DNA of 64,000 nt. Origin: an uncultured Ignavibacteriales bacterium (GTDB lineage: Bacteria > Zixibacteria > MSB-5A5 > GN15 > JAAZOE01). This document shows, piece after piece, positions 59,631 to 64,000 of this stretch; within the stretch, counting starts at the first letter, position 1, and each line of letters begins with the position of its first letter. The stretch is taken from positions 1-64,000 of the forward strand of contig CAZSYD010000011.1 in NCBI GenBank assembly GCA_964611355.1, read 5' to 3'. Under the pieces are notes generated by a model. That model was given only the letters and a program-made list of their open reading frames with translations. It was not told the origin of the DNA and searched no databases. A program made the position numbers and the translations under genes.

Positions 59631-60806
59631 ATGATAAAGAAATTAATGCTGGAAAAAGCCGACAGGCTCTACCATCTGCCGCCGGTTCTTGATGAATTCC
59701 TGCCCAAAAGGGAACGAAAAAAAATGCTGGGCCGCGAAGTGCTCGACCTGGCCCGATTTCAATGGCCCGCCGACGGCCAAAAGGAGTCATACAATAACGA
59801 TTCCCTACCCGCTGCCGGCGACGAAATCCTCGGACTGGCCGAGGAAACCGCGGCCTGGTATCATGATCGGTTTGGCGTAAAAATCAACCCGGCCAAAGAG
59901 ATCATTATCGGCGGATCGGTTCGTCAGATTCTGGGCTTGTTTTCACTGGCCTTTTTCAATCCGGGCGATATTATCCTGATTCCCGATCCCGGCATCTGGC
60001 ATTATCGCGCCGCAGCCGCACTGGCCTCGGCGGAAACGGTTCCTTACCACCTGAGTGAAAGAAATCGCTTCAAGCCGGCGCTAAATACGATTTCCGGTAA
60101 CCTGGCCCGAACGGCCAAGGCTATGTTCCTCAACTCGCCCCATAATCCCACCGGCGCCGTGCCGGCAGGGGAAGAACTGAGAGAGATCCTGCGTATGGCG
60201 GCGCGTGAAAATCTTCTCCTGATAATGGACCACGTTTTTGAAGGACTTATCGACGGCAACGATTCGACTTCTTTGTATGCTCTCCCGGGAGGAAGAAAAG
60301 CCGCTCTGGAACTGTATTCATACGCCTATAATTTCGGTCAGACTCTCCCCTCTGTCGGCTTTGCCGTGGGGCAACCGGCTATCATTACCGGGCTAAAAAA
60401 GATAATATCCGCGTTTGGTTACATCGCTACCAAATGTCAAATCAGAGCAGGCCTGAGCGCCTGCGATGACCCGAAATCCGGTTTGGAAAAAATCCGCAGC
60501 CGATTCGCCGGCAATCGTGAAATGCTCGACCGGCTCTGCAAAAAGATACGCCTGATACCAGCCGAATATCGTTCCGGACCGTTTTACTGGGCGAAGTTGC
60601 CGGGTCGGAAACAGTCACATCGTTTCTGCCGCCTACTATACTTAAAATGCGGAATACTGGCTGTCCCCGGTATCGCCTTCGGGGAAAACGGCGAGGGATA
60701 TATACGGTTTTCATTAACCGGACGGACGGACAATTATCAAAAAGCTCTGGAGGCCACGGGGAAACTGTTTCAGACAACCAGCGAAAGGAAAACGGTCAAT
60801 GGATAG
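59631..60806 (+). CDS. Class I/II aminotransferase homolog (DapL/MtnE-like), apparently lacking the PLP lysine
   Basis: NPGD, FLNSPHNPTGA, PGIAFGENGEGYIRFSL; the usual SLSK..GWR motif reads SYAYNFGQTLPSVG. Confidence 0.85.
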   Translation: MIKKLMLEKADRLYHLPPVLDEFLPKRERKKMLGREVLDLARFQWPADGQKESYNNDSLPAAGDEILGLAEETAAWYHDRFGVKINPAKEIIIGGSVRQILGLFSLAFFNPGDIILIPDPGIWHYRAAAALASAETVPYHLSERNRFKPALNTISGNLARTAKAMFLNSPHNPTGAVPAGEELREILRMAARENLLLIMDHVFEGLIDGNDSTSLYALPGGRKAALELYSYAYNFGQTLPSVGFAVGQPAIITGLKKIISAFGYIATKCQIRAGLSACDDPKSGLEKIRSRFAGNREMLDRLCKKIRLIPAEYRSGPFYWAKLPGRKQSHRFCRLLYLKCGILAVPGIAFGENGEGYIRFSLTGRTDNYQKALEATGKLFQTTSERKTVNG

Positions 60807-61197
60807 AATTCGTCTTGTCAATATGACCTTTTATGGTTATCATGGTATTTCTGCCGCGGAGAAAGAAACCGGCCGTCGATTCGAGGTGGACTGCGAGCTG
60901 GCCGGTGATCTGGCCGAAGCGGGGAAAACCGACCGCCTGAACAACACTATCGATTATGCGGCGGTTTATGATCTTATCGCCGACGTGGTTCAAAACAGGT
61001 CATTCTCCCTGCTGGAAGGGCTGGCGGCCAACCTGGCATCGGAGGTACTGGCGGCCTTCCCGGTTATTGAGGTAACTATACTGGTGAGAAAACTTATGCC
61101 TCCGATAAACGGTTATATCGACCATATCGAAGTTGAAGTTACCCGGCGGCAGTCCGACCCTGAGAAATTATTACCTCCGGAGGAAACCGATGGGTGA
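60799..61197 (+). CDS. folB: Dihydroneopterin aldolase
   Basis: FYGYHG..AEK..G, DRLNNTIDY, LLEGLA, VRK. Confidence 0.95.
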   Translation: MDRIRLVNMTFYGYHGISAAEKETGRRFEVDCELAGDLAEAGKTDRLNNTIDYAAVYDLIADVVQNRSFSLLEGLAANLASEVLAAFPVIEVTILVRKLMPPINGYIDHIEVEVTRRQSDPEKLLPPEETDG

Positions 61198-61693
61198 AAT
61201 CGTCTATTTATCGCTCGGCTCCAATCTTGGGGATCGGGGAAAAAACTTGGAAAAAGCCACGCAGGGGCTGTCCGATATGATGGGGATGAAGCTTTTGGCC
61301 GAATCATCCATATACAACTCTATCCCGATCAGATGTCCGGCCGACACCTCTGATTTTCTAAATAAAATCGTCAAAATGGATTGCACCCTCAAGCCGGTGC
61401 AACTCCTTGATAACACCGAACGAATGGAGATTTCGCTGGGACGAACCGAAAAGGGATTTTTTTCCGATCGAGTCATTGATATCGATATAATCCTTTTCTG
61501 CGGCCGGATTTTTAAGAATGAACGGCTCGAAATCCCGCATCCTCGAATGGGCGAACGGGCTTTTGTACTGATACCTTTGTGTGAAATGGATCCGGATATT
61601 GTTGATCCGTTGACCGGGGCAAAATTCGCCGACATGCTGAAAAAAACCGGCGACCAGGGCGTAACCATCTACAAGGAAAAGGCCGGTGGCTGA
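61190..61693 (+). CDS. folK: 2-amino-4-hydroxy-6-hydroxymethyldihydropteridine diphosphokinase
   Basis: YLSLGSNLGDR, FLN, RVIDIDII, IPHPRMGERAFVLIPL. Confidence 0.95.
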   Translation: MGEIVYLSLGSNLGDRGKNLEKATQGLSDMMGMKLLAESSIYNSIPIRCPADTSDFLNKIVKMDCTLKPVQLLDNTERMEISLGRTEKGFFSDRVIDIDIILFCGRIFKNERLEIPHPRMGERAFVLIPLCEMDPDIVDPLTGAKFADMLKKTGDQGVTIYKEKAGG

Positions 61694-62348
61694 CCGGCTC
61701 CCGCAGTATATCGCCGTTGAGGGCGTTATCGGGGCGGGCAAGTCCAGCCTGGCGCAGCTTCTGGCCGGACGATTAGAAGCCGATCTTCTTCTCGAAGATG
61801 CAGCCGACAATCCTTTTCTGGCTGATTTCTACAAGGATCGCAGGCGGTATGCCTTCCCCACACAGATGTTCTTCCTTCTTTCCCGCTACCGGCAACAGCA
61901 GCAGCTTTTGGAACGCGACCTGTTCGTGGAACGGATTGTCTCCGACTATATCTTTGAAAAAGATATCCTGTTCGCCTCGGTAAACCTGCCGGAACGGGAA
62001 ATCGGCCTTTACCGGAAAATCGCTTCGGTTCTCAGGCGCGACGTTTCCCCGCCGGATCTTGTAATATATCTGCAAGCCTCGACGCGGGTCCTGATGGAGC
62101 GCATACGAAAAAGAAACCGCGCCTTTGAAAAACCAATCGATGACGATTACGTCGACGAATTAAACGAGGCCTACAACTCGTTTTTCTTTCACTACAACGA
62201 CGCCCCCCTGCTGGTGGTCAGGACCGACGATATAGATTTCGTCGCCAATCCGGCGCATCTTGACGATCTTGTCGAACAGATAAAAAGGCCGCGCACGCGG
62301 GTTATGTATTACGCTCCGACCGGCGACCTCGACAAACTGGCTATGTAG
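61686..62348 (+). CDS. Deoxynucleoside kinase
   Basis: IAVEGVIGAGKS, NPFLADFY, PDLVIYL, RIRKRNRAFE. Confidence 0.92.
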   Translation: MADRLPQYIAVEGVIGAGKSSLAQLLAGRLEADLLLEDAADNPFLADFYKDRRRYAFPTQMFFLLSRYRQQQQLLERDLFVERIVSDYIFEKDILFASVNLPEREIGLYRKIASVLRRDVSPPDLVIYLQASTRVLMERIRKRNRAFEKPIDDDYVDELNEAYNSFFFHYNDAPLLVVRTDDIDFVANPAHLDDLVEQIKRPRTRVMYYAPTGDLDKLAM

Positions 62349-62355
62349 GAAAAGC

Positions 62356-63120
62356 ATGTCGGCAACCGCAAAGAACAAAAAAACCACCACGCGAACCTTT
62401 CTGCTGAAAAAGCAAAAAGGCGAAAAGATTGTCGTCCTGACAGCCTACGATTACTACACTGCGCGCATCCTTGAAAACAGCGGCGTCGATTCGCTTCTGG
62501 TCGGCGATTCGCTTAACATGGTGCTATATGGAAAAAAGAGCACTTTGTCGGCGGAAATGGAAAAGATGCTGTTCCACACCCGGGCGGTGGCCGACGGTTC
62601 CGAGCGGGCGCTGGTGATTGCCGACATGCCGTTTATGTCTTACCAGCCCTCGATGGAAACGGCGATCCTCAACGCCGGACGATTCCTGAAAGAAGCCGGG
62701 GCCGAGGCGGTCAAGCTGGAAGGCGGCATTGAGATTATTCCTACCGTCAAGCGCTTGATCGAACTTGGCATTCCGGTTATGGGGCATATTGGATTAACGC
62801 CGCAGTCGATCAATCGCTTCGGCGGCCCGCGCGTTCAGGGTCGCGAAAAAGAAAATCGAAATTACCTTATCGAATCGGCCAAAGCTCTCGATGAAGCCGG
62901 TTGTTTTTCATGCGTTCTGGAACTTGTTACCTCACCCGTGGCTCAGGAAATTACCAAAAAAGTAAATATGGCTACCATCGGAATCGGTGCGGGCAAACAT
63001 TGCGACGGGCAGGTGCTGGTCATAAATGATATTATCGGAATGTACGGCGAGATGAAACCCCGTTTCGTCAGGCAATATACCGACGTTGCCGCCGAAATCG
63101 AAAAAGCGGCCCGGCAGTTC
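62356..63120 (+). CDS. panB: 3-methyl-2-oxobutanoate hydroxymethyltransferase (3' end lost in gap)
   Basis: LTAYD, LVGDS, DMPFMSY, VKLEGG, GHIGLTPQ, GIGAG..CDGQVLV. Confidence 0.96.
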
Positions 63121-63220
63121 NNNNNNNNNNNNNNNNNNNNNNNNNNNNNNNNNNNNNNNNNNNNNNNNNNNNNNNNNNNNNNNNNNNNNNNNNNNNNNNN
63201 NNNNNNNNNNNNNNNNNNNN
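63121..63220. other. Assembly gap (100 N)
   Basis: Run of N characters. Confidence 1.
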
Positions 63221-63850
63221 CGCGATACGAAGGGAGATTTGAAAAAAATCAAAGAAGTCGGCGGCCAGGTCGTTTTTATTCCCAGGATGTCGGATATGTA
63301 TCCGGATGATTATGAAACGTGGGTTGCGGTTGAGAAACTGACTCAAACGCTGGAAGGCGAATTGCGCCCGACTCATTTTCGGGGCGTAACGACCATTGTC
63401 GCCAAGCTGTTTAACATCATCCGGCCGGACGTGGCTTTGTTCGGGATGAAAGATTACCAGCAGGCGATAGTATTAAAGAAAATGACTGCCGATCTGAACT
63501 GGCCGATAAAAATTATCGTCTGCCCTACTGTGCGGGAGAAAGACGGTCTGGCGTTATCATCACGCAACAATTATCTTTCTCCCGAACAGCGCCGGGAAGC
63601 ATTGGCTTTATATAAATCTTTGACTGCCGCAAAACGGATGATCCGCAACGGGGAAACAAGCATATCGGCTATTCGCAAAAAGATGCGACAGGTAATTAAA
63701 AAGACCGCACCGTCGGGAAAGATTGATTATATCGCTTTCACCGAGATGGAGAGTCTAAAGGCGGTCAAGACGGTAACGAAAAACATTGTTGCGTCATTAG
63801 CCCTCCGCCTCGGCCCGGTGAGGTTGATTGATAATATGAAGGTTGGTTAA
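63221..63850 (+). CDS. panC: Pantoate--beta-alanine ligase (5' end lost in gap)
   Basis: RPTHFRGVTTIVAKLFNI, FGMKDYQQ, REKDGLALSSRN, RLIDN. Confidence 0.95.
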   Translation, partial: RDTKGDLKKIKEVGGQVVFIPRMSDMYPDDYETWVAVEKLTQTLEGELRPTHFRGVTTIVAKLFNIIRPDVALFGMKDYQQAIVLKKMTADLNWPIKIIVCPTVREKDGLALSSRNNYLSPEQRREALALYKSLTAAKRMIRNGETSISAIRKKMRQVIKKTAPSGKIDYIAFTEMESLKAVKTVTKNIVASLALRLGPVRLIDNMKVG

Positions 63851-64000
63851 TAGTGCGTAAATTCTACCCGTAAATGAGTTGGGCGCCGGGGGATGATTTA
63901 CAATTGTAAATTGACTTCTCAGGATTAATATCAATAACCCACCAGCCGTTGCCGCTCTTGGTGGGGTACTAAGTCGCACTGTATAATAAAGTTGCCCTTT

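Noticed and set aside
62356..63850. Apparent panB/panC overlap or fusion ORFs containing X runs
   Set aside because: Artefact of translating through the N gap.

Overview
A 64 kb chromosomal window, roughly 50% GC, from a diderm bacterium. The bamA-skp-lpxD and lgt genes, three PorV-like barrels, proteins with FlgD-Ig/CTD-like tails and a TonB-dependent receptor point to the FCB superphylum; Zixibacteria-like is my inference, not verified. Most genes are housekeeping (uvrB, rplU, ssb, nadE, nadA, rsmI, glnS, gltX, ligA, dusB, purQSB, pssA/psd, truA, folBK, panBC). Accessory modules include a PorV-PorV-BNR propeller cluster, an FHA/phosphatase/CHASE2-kinase operon, a secreted S8 protease behind a well-formed sigma-54 promoter, and a TBDR-PorV-lipoprotein operon. 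The best candidate for a novel system is a small secreted acidic peptide gene (mature N-terminus near EHPW) directly upstream of a TPR-GAF-AAA+-HTH sigma-54 activator, which resembles RRNPP-like peptide signalling wired to sigma-54. An aminotransferase homolog lacking its PLP lysine is also notable. I saw no rRNA, tRNA, CRISPR array or transposase. There is an assembly gap at 63121-63220.
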